Positions 9,756 through 18,616 of a DNA stretch of 64,000 nucleotides are shown here, piece by piece. Made by a program: the position numbers and the translations under genes. The notes under the pieces are model-generated. The model had not been told where the DNA came from. It saw nothing but the letters and a program-made list of their open reading frames with translations, and searched no databases. Source of the DNA: Candidatus Bathyarchaeota archaeon. GTDB taxonomy: Archaea; Thermoproteota; Bathyarchaeia; TCS64. The DNA lies in assembly GCA_043826455.1 (NCBI GenBank), contig JBDRQD010000015.1:160001-224000 (forward strand), read 5' to 3'. Every line of letters begins with the position of its first letter. The stretch's first letter is position 1.

Positions 9756-10113
9756 CCCCCGGGAAATATTGATATCGTTAGTCGTGGCCTTCAGTATTTT
9801 CCTCATAACCGCTCTCCTAGCGCTCCCCCCCAGTTACAACGACTACAACGATCTTGTCATCAACTTCTTTTACATGGCTCCAGGCCCCCTGGTGGCGTCT
9901 CTGGTGCTGGCCAAGGTCTACCAGCGGAACGCCGTGAACAGGGGCGTCCTGATAGGCATCGTCACATACTTCCTGAGCCCCCTGGTGCTGCCCAGCGGGG
10001 GGATGGTCTGGGTTCTAGAGGCCGCCAGACTGGGCGGCGCAGGATTTGGCGGCGCCATAGGCGCCAGAATCATGGAGCTGTACCGGGCTAAGGGCTCCAG
10101 TGAGGAGAGGTAG
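9730..10113 (+). CDS. Hypothetical membrane protein (~4 TM)
   Basis: GGAGG upstream of ATG 9730; hydrophobic segments. Confidence 0.55.
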   Translation: MSQDAPKPSPREILISLVVAFSIFLITALLALPPSYNDYNDLVINFFYMAPGPLVASLVLAKVYQRNAVNRGVLIGIVTYFLSPLVLPSGGMVWVLEAARLGGAGFGGAIGARIMELYRAKGSSEER

Positions 10114-10238
10114 GCGACGCGGAGCCATGTGTTGAACGCCTGCCAGTCAATGAAGGTTTATCGGGAAGCGCCTCGGAAAATGCTTAATATTTTACGGGTA
10201 ATCAGGTTAGAGGGGGAAAGTGACTGGAGATAGGAGGC

Positions 10239-11390
10239 TTGAGGGGAGCTATCCCCCGGATTTCTCACATCGCAATCCTCGTGATAGTCATTCTAGCCGT
10301 TAATACGCCTCAGCCACCCGCTTCGTGTTCAACTGGAGCACTGAGACTCTACGTCATCTCCTGCGAAGGATGTGAAGGTTACAGGGATCGCGTCGATATG
10401 CTGAGGCGCACGTTTCCTACCGCGGCGATTACCTTCTATGAGATAGAGGAGGGGGAGAACGCCAGACGCTTTAACGAGGTATCGAAAGCCGTGGGGGAGA
10501 CTCTGTATATGCCTCTGGTCGGCGTGTATCTTGACGATGCCCTGGTCTCCATCGCTAGTGGAGGGTTCTCGCCTGAGGGATGGGTGGAAGCGGTTGAGAG
10601 TCCGGTCGGGGTTGTTACAGTGTACATCGCCGGCGAGGGTGGGAGGGCGGACATTAAGACCACTATTGAGGACCCCGACACTGTGAACACCGTCTCGAGG
10701 CTCTTCGTCGAAGAGGAGATAGGTTTCCTGGTGGAGGACCTGGGCCAACTCGTCCTCATCGTCGCGTCGGCTGCGATAGTTGACGCGATCAACCCCTGCT
10801 GCGTCGGTGTCTTCACGGTCCTGTTGACGTTGGTCTTCTACGGGGTGGGTAAGAGGGCCGTCCTTGGCGTTGGCCTGGCCTTCACCCTCGGCCTCTTCGC
10901 GGCTTACCTGCTGCTCGGCCTGGGCCTGGGCAGGGTGTTCAGGCAGTTACCTGAGATAGAGTACCTGGCGTCAGGGTTCGCCATAATTCTGGGGGCGATG
11001 CGCATCATTGAAGCCTCAGGCAGGAAGGTGAAGTATCTCCCGGATGCCCTCTCGAGTAGGATAACCCGGAGGATAGAGGAGGTCACCACCCCCAGGAGTG
11101 GGCTTGTCGCCGGGGCGGTGACCGGTTTCCTGCTGTTGCCCTGCTCGTCGGCTCCCTACTTCATAGTTATAAACATGATCGCGGACAAGCCGTCCGTGCT
11201 GGGCCTGGCCCTTCTTGTCTTCTACAACCTGATAATCGTCGCTCCCTTCATCGCGATTACACTGATTGTGTACGGTCTGGTGTTCTCCACCATGGAGGTG
11301 AAGCAGTGGTCCCTTGAGAGTCGCTGGTGGATCAACGCATTGATCGGGGTCACGCTTGTGGCGCTGGGCTTCCTAAACCTGTTACTGTAG
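10239..11390 (+). CDS. CcdA/DsbD-type transmembrane protein with N-terminal thioredoxin-like CxxC domain
   Basis: Signal/TM, CEGC, then TM domain with DAINPCC and LLPCSSAPY cysteine-proline motifs. Confidence 0.75.
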   Translation: MRGAIPRISHIAILVIVILAVNTPQPPASCSTGALRLYVISCEGCEGYRDRVDMLRRTFPTAAITFYEIEEGENARRFNEVSKAVGETLYMPLVGVYLDDALVSIASGGFSPEGWVEAVESPVGVVTVYIAGEGGRADIKTTIEDPDTVNTVSRLFVEEEIGFLVEDLGQLVLIVASAAIVDAINPCCVGVFTVLLTLVFYGVGKRAVLGVGLAFTLGLFAAYLLLGLGLGRVFRQLPEIEYLASGFAIILGAMRIIEASGRKVKYLPDALSSRITRRIEEVTTPRSGLVAGAVTGFLLLPCSSAPYFIVINMIADKPSVLGLALLVFYNLIIVAPFIAITLIVYGLVFSTMEVKQWSLESRWWINALIGVTLVALGFLNLLL

Positions 11391-11467
11391 TTAGGGTACG
11401 AGGTTTTATCTTAAATGGACGTGTGGCATACTTAGCTAGCGAAAAAATGGTGAAGATTCTCAGCGCC

Positions 11468-12547
11468 CTACTTGCTCAGAGTCCTCCCGTACTTCTTGAA
11501 GATTCTTTCCACCTGGTCGTAGGGTAACCCGTGCCTGATGTTGCCGTCCCTGCCTGTCATGGTCTCCGCCTTGAAGAGGGCGTTAACGATGGCCTCCTCG
11601 GTGGCCTCCACCGCCGCCCTGTAGGCGAAGCTGAGGTACCCTTCGCCGCTGAAGGCGCGAGCCTCGGGCGGCATCGCTTCTCGGAGCTCGTCCACGGTCT
11701 TCTTCCCGGTGGTGAAGGCTATGGTGAAGTCGCCGCTGCTGTTGCCCCCGATTGTTCCTGTGCGTGCAAGGCCGAAGGCGACTCTTTTGGCCACCTTCCA
11801 GAGCTGTCGGGACTCCAGTTTCAGGTCCGTGGCAAGGATCATCATTATGGAGTTGCCGGGGCTCCTCGCGGGGACGGTGGGCAGCTCCACCTCCCGGCCG
11901 ACGGGCACACCATCTATCCTAAGATCATCCTTTGAGCCGCAGTTCAACTGAACCAGGACGCCGACTGTGAAGTTGGCGAACTTTCTCGAAGACGTCCCTA
12001 TGCCTCCCTTGAAGCCGTAGCCCGTCATCGGGGTTCCGCCCCCCACGTTGCCCTCAGGGACGGGCCCCCGACCCTTGGGGCTCCGGGCGGCATCGATAGC
12101 CTCGAACACGTGCTTCTTTCCGATGTGCCGGCCGAAGTTATCTGTCAGGTAACCTCCGTTGGTCTCCCCGACGACCACGTTCAGGGAAGCTGGCGTCGTG
12201 CCATACCCTTCCTTCATGTAGTCGACCACCGCGTCCGCGACGCGCCATGTGTTGAGGGTCTCCGTGAGAAGCAGCGGGACCTCCATCACGCCCTCGAACA
12301 TGATCTGAGGAAGACCGGTGCATTTACCGTAGGCGTTGAAGAGGTCCACCGCCGCCGTGACCTTCTCCTCGTAGGGGTTCCCCTGGTGAGGGACTATGGC
12401 GGTGACGCCGGTCCGCACGTCCTCTCCCTTGATGAGCGTCGAGTGGCCTACGCCGACACCCTCAACATCGGTGATGGCGTTAAGCTTACCCGTCTCCAGC
12501 TGCCCTATGTTTATCCCGAATTCTCGGGCTCTTACTCTGCCTGTCAT
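11468..12547 (-). CDS. DmpA/BapA-like P1 (S58) aminopeptidase
   Basis: RAREFGI, NAITDVEGVGVGH, TGVTAI, EGNVGGGT, FKGGIGTSSR, NSIMMILATD, SSGDF, ATEEAIVNAL. Confidence 0.9.
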   Translation of the reverse strand: MTGRVRAREFGINIGQLETGKLNAITDVEGVGVGHSTLIKGEDVRTGVTAIVPHQGNPYEEKVTAAVDLFNAYGKCTGLPQIMFEGVMEVPLLLTETLNTWRVADAVVDYMKEGYGTTPASLNVVVGETNGGYLTDNFGRHIGKKHVFEAIDAARSPKGRGPVPEGNVGGGTPMTGYGFKGGIGTSSRKFANFTVGVLVQLNCGSKDDLRIDGVPVGREVELPTVPARSPGNSIMMILATDLKLESRQLWKVAKRVAFGLARTGTIGGNSSGDFTIAFTTGKKTVDELREAMPPEARAFSGEGYLSFAYRAAVEATEEAIVNALFKAETMTGRDGNIRHGLPYDQVERIFKKYGRTLSK

Positions 12548-12750
12548 GATGATCTGTATACATGGGCCGCACATAGAGAAAAATGTTGCCGGCGGCGGGT
12601 CTCGTCGGAGGAAACCTGTTCTTTGTGGGTGGTCTTCCTGGTAAGGAGGAATGGGGTTAGTTTATGTTGTGTTTCATGAGGCACTGTTTGTTGTTATTGA
12701 GGATTAGTCAGTTTTAGACACATTAAAATGACCATTTAGGTGTTCTATAG

Positions 12751-13653
12751 TTGGCGGTAAATTTGATCAAATCAAACGTCGAATCCCTTGTCAGACAGAA
12801 ACTAGTTGGAGAGGTGATCCACCCCGAACTCTGGGTGGAGCGCAACTATGTCACCACCTGGGATGGTAGGCCCAAGCTGACCGTGGGGATCGGAGGCATC
12901 GTCTACAACGTCAGGGTGGGCGACCCGGTTTTCGGTTGGTCGTCTGACCATCTGAACGCAGGGGCAGCTGTCTCCCACAAGGATCAGTCGAGGATGATGG
13001 CGCTCAACATATTCAGCTGCATAGGGAACAAGGCCAGGGTCATCAGCGGCGAGGCGAAGGGGACGGAGGGCGTGGTAGTGGGCAAGACCTACTTCTACCC
13101 GGGCCACTCATACAGGATTGTAGTCGATTTCCCTCATGACGGCCTCTCCAAGCTGGCGATAGAGGACAAGGTTGAGGTGGAGGCCTGGGGCTCAGGTCTG
13201 ACCATCGAGGGGTTCGAGGATGTGAGAGTCCTCTCCCTCTCACCTAGGCTGCTTGAGGCGATGGGCGTTGAGGCTCATGACGGTAAGCTGAGGGTGCCAG
13301 TGGTCAAGGAGCTGCCAGGGAAGATGATGGGGGTTGGCGTGGGCCGAGGGCCGACGGAGTGCGGTGCCTGGGAGATCCAGTCCTGCAGCCGCGAGCTCAA
13401 CGAGGAGCTGGGGCTTGAGAGGTTGAGGTTCGGGGACTTGGTCGCGGTGAGGGACGTGGACTCCGACTGGGGGCACGGCGTCTACGAGGGCGGCGTCGTG
13501 GTCGGCGTCGTCTCTCATGGCGCCAGCGAGATAGGCGGCCACGGCCCGGGGATAGCCGTCATATTCTCGTCCAAGAGGGGAAGAATCGAGCCCGTCATCG
13601 ACGAGGGGGCCAACGTTGGCCGGTACCTCGGCCTCAGAGTAGACCTGGAGTGA
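12751..13653 (+). CDS. DUF4438 family protein (paralog 1)
   Basis: TTG start; GIVYNVRVGDP, SDH, SCIGNKARVISGEAKG, LRFGDLVAV, GHGPG motifs. Confidence 0.75.
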   Translation: MAVNLIKSNVESLVRQKLVGEVIHPELWVERNYVTTWDGRPKLTVGIGGIVYNVRVGDPVFGWSSDHLNAGAAVSHKDQSRMMALNIFSCIGNKARVISGEAKGTEGVVVGKTYFYPGHSYRIVVDFPHDGLSKLAIEDKVEVEAWGSGLTIEGFEDVRVLSLSPRLLEAMGVEAHDGKLRVPVVKELPGKMMGVGVGRGPTECGAWEIQSCSRELNEELGLERLRFGDLVAVRDVDSDWGHGVYEGGVVVGVVSHGASEIGGHGPGIAVIFSSKRGRIEPVIDEGANVGRYLGLRVDLE

Positions 13654-13659
13654 GGAAGC

Positions 13660-14538
13660 TTGCGTACTAACGTTGATCGTCTCGTGAAGCAGGCGGTCAT
13701 GGGGGAGGTGTCACACCCCATGGCCGGGACGTACAGGACCACCTTCGAGGGGAGGCCCAGCATGGTGCCGGGGATGTACGGCGTCAAGCTCAACTTCAGG
13801 GTCGGTGACCCCGCCTACGGTTACGTCTCGGACCATCTTGAGCCCGGCGTATGCATCGTGAACCCTGGCTCGGTGCGGCAGCACACGGCCCTCAACGCCT
13901 TCGCCTGCATAGGGAACGAGGCGAGGGTGGTGTCAGGCGACGCGAGGGGCGCCGCAGGTGTCGTGACGGGTAAGCACGGATGGCAGAACACGTTCATAGA
14001 CTTCCCCCCGGAGGTCCTCGGGAAGCTGGTGTCGGGGGATAAGGTTCAGGTGACGGGCTGGGGCACTGGCCTCACGGTGGAGGGCTACGAGGACCTTCGG
14101 TTCATGTCCATGTCGCCGCGCCTCCTCAAGGCCCTGGGGGTGGAGGATGAGGGCTCCAGCCTCTCCGTCCCGGTTGTGATGGAGGTTCCCGGCAGGATGA
14201 TGGGCTCCGGGATGGGAGGAGGGACGGGAGGCATGCCGGACCTTGGGGACTTTGACATCCAGAGCACCTGCCCGGAGCTCACCGAGAGGTACGGCTTTTC
14301 GCGGCTCCGCATAGGCGACATAGTGGCCATAAGGGACATCCTGGCTCACTACGCCCGGGGTATACACCCGGGGGCTGTCACCATTGCTGTCGTTTCCCAT
14401 GGGGCGAGCGGGACCACAGGCCACGGGCCTGGGTGCGCGCCCATCATCTCTAGTCCTCCGGGGAGGGTTAGCCCAGTCGCAGACGAGGGGATGAACGTCG
14501 CCCGCCTGTTGGAGCTGCGGCCAGACATTGCCTGGTGA
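13660..14538 (+). CDS. DUF4438 family protein (paralog 2)
   Basis: TTG start; NFRVGDP, DHLEPGV, ACIGNEARVVSGDARG, GKHG, LRIGDIVAI, GHGPG; colinear with paralog 1. Confidence 0.78.
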   Translation: MRTNVDRLVKQAVMGEVSHPMAGTYRTTFEGRPSMVPGMYGVKLNFRVGDPAYGYVSDHLEPGVCIVNPGSVRQHTALNAFACIGNEARVVSGDARGAAGVVTGKHGWQNTFIDFPPEVLGKLVSGDKVQVTGWGTGLTVEGYEDLRFMSMSPRLLKALGVEDEGSSLSVPVVMEVPGRMMGSGMGGGTGGMPDLGDFDIQSTCPELTERYGFSRLRIGDIVAIRDILAHYARGIHPGAVTIAVVSHGASGTTGHGPGCAPIISSPPGRVSPVADEGMNVARLLELRPDIAW

Positions 14539-14728
14539 ATCCCCTTGGTCTCCTTTGAAACCCTTTTTATCGTATGCAGTCCAATAAGGAATCCATGAAG
14601 GCATTTTCTAGGTATGGAGACATATTGGCTGATAACTGGAGGCGAAGCAGCGACGCAGCTCTGAGCCTCGATAGAGGGAGCAACAGGACAACCGTGAAGT
14701 CTATCAGGGAGACACTCGGGTAGCCCAT

Positions 14729-15958
14729 TTGACAAGCCTTATTCGTGTGCCTGAAGGTTTCGACAGGGACATCAAGCTCCTCACCACCAGCATGTTCACC
14801 CGCCGGATAGTCATGGGGTTCCTGGGGGTGGTGCGGGCCCTCTACTTCGCTTACCTGGGCTACACCGCTGTGGAGATCGGGTTGCTCCTGAGCGTGGCCA
14901 CAGGGGTGAGCGCCATCCACAACGTGACCTTCGGGTACCTCTGCGACAGGTACGGCCGCAAACCCTTCTTGGTGCTGGGCTCCGTCTTCGCCGCCCTCAG
15001 GATGGTCATCTTCGCAGTAAGCACCGACTTCTGGATGCTGGCCCTGGGCCAGGGGTTCGGCGCTCTGGGGGAGGGCGTGGGGGCGGGCCAGCCCGTGGTG
15101 TCCGGGTACATAACCGACAAGGTGGAGACTAAGGACAGACCGGGGGTCTACAGCGGCATAGCCATCACTAACAGCGTAGCCGCCACCATAGGCTCCGCCC
15201 TCGCCGGGCTACCTGTTTACCTTCAGGCGTCCCAAGGTCTAGGGCTGGTACAAGCCCACCAGGCTCTGTGGTGGGCCTGCGCCGCGACCTCTGCGCTGAG
15301 CCTCCTCATGGTGCTACCTTTGAGGGAGTCCAGCCGCCGCGTCGAGGTGTCAGCGGAACCTAAGGCTCCAGGGCGCCTTAACTGGGGCGCCATAACCAGG
15401 TTCAGCCTGATAAGAGGCACCAACGGACTGGCCTGGGGCCTGGCGGATAGCCTGACGCCCCTCTACCTGTTCTACAGGTTCGGGGTCGGCTCCGACGCCC
15501 TGGGACCCGTCTACGCTTTAGCCCGGCTCCTCTCAGTATTCAGTTACCTTGTCCTATCCAGGATCGTCGACAGATTCGGGGACATCCACACGCTGATAGT
15601 TAGCCGGATGGCGTCCGCGGTGCTCACCCTGGCCTTCGCCCTAGCCGGGTCCTACCCTGTGGCCGTGGGGCTGCTGGTGGCCAACAGGCTGGTGACCCTG
15701 TTCAGCATGCCCATCAGGCAGACCTTCGCCTCGGGCTTCGTGGACCCGGAGGAGACGGCCACAGCCATCGGCGTCAGCAGCTTCGCCAGGATGGGGGCCC
15801 AGACCGCGGCACCCACGTTGGCGGGGTACATGTTCGAGGCCCTGAGCCTTTCAGCGCCCTTCATGGTGGGGGCTTCGCTGATGGCGGTGAACGGCGCCCT
15901 CTACTGGGTGTTCTTCAGGTCGGGGGAAGATCAGGCTGCTTTGGCGGAGGCTGGCTGA
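14729..15958 (+). CDS. MFS transporter
   Basis: GYLCDRYGRKP motif A, ~12 TM, second motif IVDRFG. Confidence 0.88.
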   Translation: MTSLIRVPEGFDRDIKLLTTSMFTRRIVMGFLGVVRALYFAYLGYTAVEIGLLLSVATGVSAIHNVTFGYLCDRYGRKPFLVLGSVFAALRMVIFAVSTDFWMLALGQGFGALGEGVGAGQPVVSGYITDKVETKDRPGVYSGIAITNSVAATIGSALAGLPVYLQASQGLGLVQAHQALWWACAATSALSLLMVLPLRESSRRVEVSAEPKAPGRLNWGAITRFSLIRGTNGLAWGLADSLTPLYLFYRFGVGSDALGPVYALARLLSVFSYLVLSRIVDRFGDIHTLIVSRMASAVLTLAFALAGSYPVAVGLLVANRLVTLFSMPIRQTFASGFVDPEETATAIGVSSFARMGAQTAAPTLAGYMFEALSLSAPFMVGASLMAVNGALYWVFFRSGEDQAALAEAG

Positions 15959-15960
15959 GC

Positions 15961-16368
15961 CTAAGGGCAGAACACAGGTGAGCCCTTCCGCCGCTGCTCC
16001 TCCAGCCACGCCTCCAAGCCCATCTCCCTGATCCTTTTCAGGTTCTCCACTGTGCGCCTGTGGTGGTCCATGCCGTCGCCGGCGAAGACCTCCAGCCTGC
16101 TGCAGACGAAGTCGGGGCACTCGCTACAAAGCTCAACGCCCTTCTCCCTGGCGCACAGCATCATGCCGCAGTCGGGGCTCCAGTGCCGATCCAAGCTCCC
16201 GGTGCACCCGTCGCACCGTATCTTCTCGGGGGCCACGTCCAGGTTCTTCTTATCCTTGAACCATCGGACCGTCTCCATCTGCTTCTCCGTGTCGCCTTTT
16301 CCTGCCTTGTAGATGTCGCATACGCCGCAGTTGAGGCCGCAGGCCCCCAGGACCCAGTCGTCACCCAT
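15961..16368 (-). CDS. DUF3795-like Cys-rich protein
   Basis: ACGLNCGVC, CDGC, C-x4-C, CSECPDFVC, NLKRIREMG pattern. Confidence 0.75.
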   Translation of the reverse strand: MGDDWVLGACGLNCGVCDIYKAGKGDTEKQMETVRWFKDKKNLDVAPEKIRCDGCTGSLDRHWSPDCGMMLCAREKGVELCSECPDFVCSRLEVFAGDGMDHHRRTVENLKRIREMGLEAWLEEQRRKGSPVFCP

Positions 16369-16430
16369 ACTCGGAGAAGAGGCTCGGTCTTCAATAAATG
16401 TTAATGCGTCATGTGGCGCATGTATCATGC

Positions 16431-16919
16431 ATGATCTCCAGAGTCGAGGCGGGCCGCCTCATCGAGTACAGTAGCAGGTACATGCACGGGGTCCTAACGG
16501 GTCGCATCATGGCGGCCCTCGCCGAGGCCATGGAGGAGGATGCGGGGCTCTGGGAGACTGTGGGCATTCTCCACGACCTGGACTATGACCAGACGCGGGT
16601 GGGCGCAAGCAGGCACGGGGTGGTGGGGGCCGAGGTGCTCAAGGGGCGGCTGCCCGATGAGGCCCTCCACGCCATAGCCAGCCACGACCACAGGTCCGGT
16701 GTGAGGCCTGAGACCCTCCTGGATCACAGCCTCATACTGGCCGACGCCCTCGCCATACTGATGGAGGAGGTGGAGATGCGTAAGCCTGTGTCAGGCTGGG
16801 CCTTCCAGACGGCCCTCCTCAAGGTGGCGGGCTCCAAGCCCTGGATCAGGGACCTGATAACGGGGTACCCGTACGCCGACGAGGTGAACCTGAAGGCGGT
16901 ACTGGACGCGGTCCTCTAG
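16431..16919 (+). CDS. HD/HDIG domain protein
   Basis: WETVGILHDLDY, HG, AIASH, ADAL motifs. Confidence 0.8.
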   Translation: MISRVEAGRLIEYSSRYMHGVLTGRIMAALAEAMEEDAGLWETVGILHDLDYDQTRVGASRHGVVGAEVLKGRLPDEALHAIASHDHRSGVRPETLLDHSLILADALAILMEEVEMRKPVSGWAFQTALLKVAGSKPWIRDLITGYPYADEVNLKAVLDAVL

Positions 16920-16963
16920 GTGGATTCTTTTAGGCGTAGCCCGATACTTGTTCAGGTGATGTT

Positions 16964-17803
16964 TTGAGTAAGCCCATGACGGTTCACGGGTACACGGAGG
17001 AGCAGCTCATGGCCATGAAGCCCGACGATCTGAGGGCTGTCCTACACGAGCGCACCCACCACACCATAGAGGTGCTCATATACCGTATCCTCAAGGAGAG
17101 GCGGGATGTCCCCAAGGACTTCGGCGTCGTGGCCGAGTACCTGCTGGGGCTGTGGAAGAGGAGGGGGCTGCCCCTGGACCCCCCGGACATCAAGTGGTGC
17201 ACCAGGTACATCGAGTACGCGGCGAAGATGAGGGAGGGCAAGAAGGTGAGGCTGACGCCTACCCCCTGGGAGAGCTTCACAGAGGAGGAGGCCGGGACAG
17301 TGGAGCGCCTCATCTACGGCAGGAAGAGCATACGCCAGTTCAAGCCGGAGCCCGTGCCCGACGAACTGATAAGACGCATCCTGAAGGCGGGGCTCTACGC
17401 GCCCCACGGCTGCAACGTGGGCTGCACCCGGTTCCTGGTGCTACGCGACCCCGAGGAGCAGAAGCTGGTGCGCAGCGACATACCCATAGAGAACTGCGTC
17501 ATGATCGTGGTCCTCCAGGAGCTGAGCATGTACAAGACCCTCCGCTTCGACGAGTACGTGCCCCAGAACCTGTACTTCGACGCCGGGGCCGCCGCCGACC
17601 ACATATGCCTCATGGCCCACGCCCTGGGTCTGGGCAGTTGCTGGCTGACCCACGGCGAGGAGACCCAGAAGAAGCTGAGAGAACACTTCAAGTTGAGCCC
17701 CACCATGACCAGTCGCAACCACATAATAATCGGGTGGCCCGACGAAGACACCATCAAGTCTGAGAGGATGAGCCTGGACGAGGCCATCCTCAACAAGCCC
17801 TAA
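16964..17803 (+). CDS. Nitroreductase family protein with N-terminal extension
   Basis: RKSIRQFKPEPVP, AP, DAGAAADHICLMAHALGLGSCW, IIIGWP. Confidence 0.85.
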   Translation: MSKPMTVHGYTEEQLMAMKPDDLRAVLHERTHHTIEVLIYRILKERRDVPKDFGVVAEYLLGLWKRRGLPLDPPDIKWCTRYIEYAAKMREGKKVRLTPTPWESFTEEEAGTVERLIYGRKSIRQFKPEPVPDELIRRILKAGLYAPHGCNVGCTRFLVLRDPEEQKLVRSDIPIENCVMIVVLQELSMYKTLRFDEYVPQNLYFDAGAAADHICLMAHALGLGSCWLTHGEETQKKLREHFKLSPTMTSRNHIIIGWPDEDTIKSERMSLDEAILNKP

Positions 17804-18369
17804 ACCATGTGGGTGAACACGATCCTGACGCCGATGAGCACCAGCACCAGCCCGCCGATTATCTGAGCCCGCTTACCCACGGCCTGCCCCGTCCGGTTCC
17901 CGATCATCAACCCCACGAAGGTGAAGATCAGGGTCCCCGCCCCCATGAAGAGGCTGGGGACGAAGATGGCGATCCTCTCAAGGCTGAAGCTGAGGCCTAC
18001 GGCCAGGCTGTCCACGCTCACAGCCACAGTGAACATGAGGAGGCCGAGTCCGCCCAGGACGCTCTGGGGGTTAACCTCCCCGTCCCCGTCCAGGCCCTCC
18101 TTCATCATCTTGCCGCCCACGAAGGCCAGGAGCAGGAAGGCCAGCCAGTGGTCGAACCCCGAGATGAGGTCAACGACAGTCGCGCCCAGGTACCAGCCCA
18201 GGGTCGGCATCACTACGTGGGCGGCGCCGAAGCTGAGGCTCATCCTGGCCGCGTCTTGGAGCCTGACCCTGCCGAGGCCGAAGCCGGTGACGGTGGCCAC
18301 GCTGAAGGCGTCCATGGCTAGACCTATCGATAGGATTATCAGGGTAGCCAGGTCCACGCCCAATTCCAT
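17800..18369 (-). CDS. mntP: Manganese efflux pump MntP
   Basis: LAMDAFSVA, FDHWLAF, AVSVDSLAVG, GGLVLVLIG motifs. Confidence 0.88.
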   Translation of the reverse strand: MELGVDLATLIILSIGLAMDAFSVATVTGFGLGRVRLQDAARMSLSFGAAHVVMPTLGWYLGATVVDLISGFDHWLAFLLLAFVGGKMMKEGLDGDGEVNPQSVLGGLGLLMFTVAVSVDSLAVGLSFSLERIAIFVPSLFMGAGTLIFTFVGLMIGNRTGQAVGKRAQIIGGLVLVLIGVRIVFTHMV

Positions 18370-18458
18370 CGACGGTCTCATCATGTGCGAGTTCGGCGTG
18401 GTTTAAGTGTTTCTGGTTTTTCTGAAATTAGCTAAAAAATTTGAGGGTAAAAAAGCCC

Positions 18459-18533
18459 CTACTTGGATTTCTTCTCTTCCTTCTTCTTGCCGCCGCCGCA
18501 ACCGCAGCCGCAGCCGCCTTTCTTGGTGGACAT
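18459..18533 (-). CDS. 24-aa micropeptide MSTKKGGCGCGCGGGKKKEEKKSK
   Basis: Translated by hand (below ORF-track cut-off); TTTATAT box 24-30 nt upstream of ATG; T-runs right after TAG. Confidence 0.6.
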   Translation of the reverse strand: MSTKKGGCGCGCGGGKKKEEKKSK

Positions 18534-18616
18534 GAAGCATCCGCCGCCTTCCCGGGATATAAAGCATTGTAGCCCACGGGCTTTTATCTTCAGCCGGCAA
18601 CACTAGGTTGATCTCA

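Noticed and set aside
14595..14723. 42-aa ORF MKAFSRYGDILADNWRRSS... upstream of the MFS gene
   Set aside because: A TATA-like box precedes it, but it has no motif or other support; could be leader sequence or a gene remnant.
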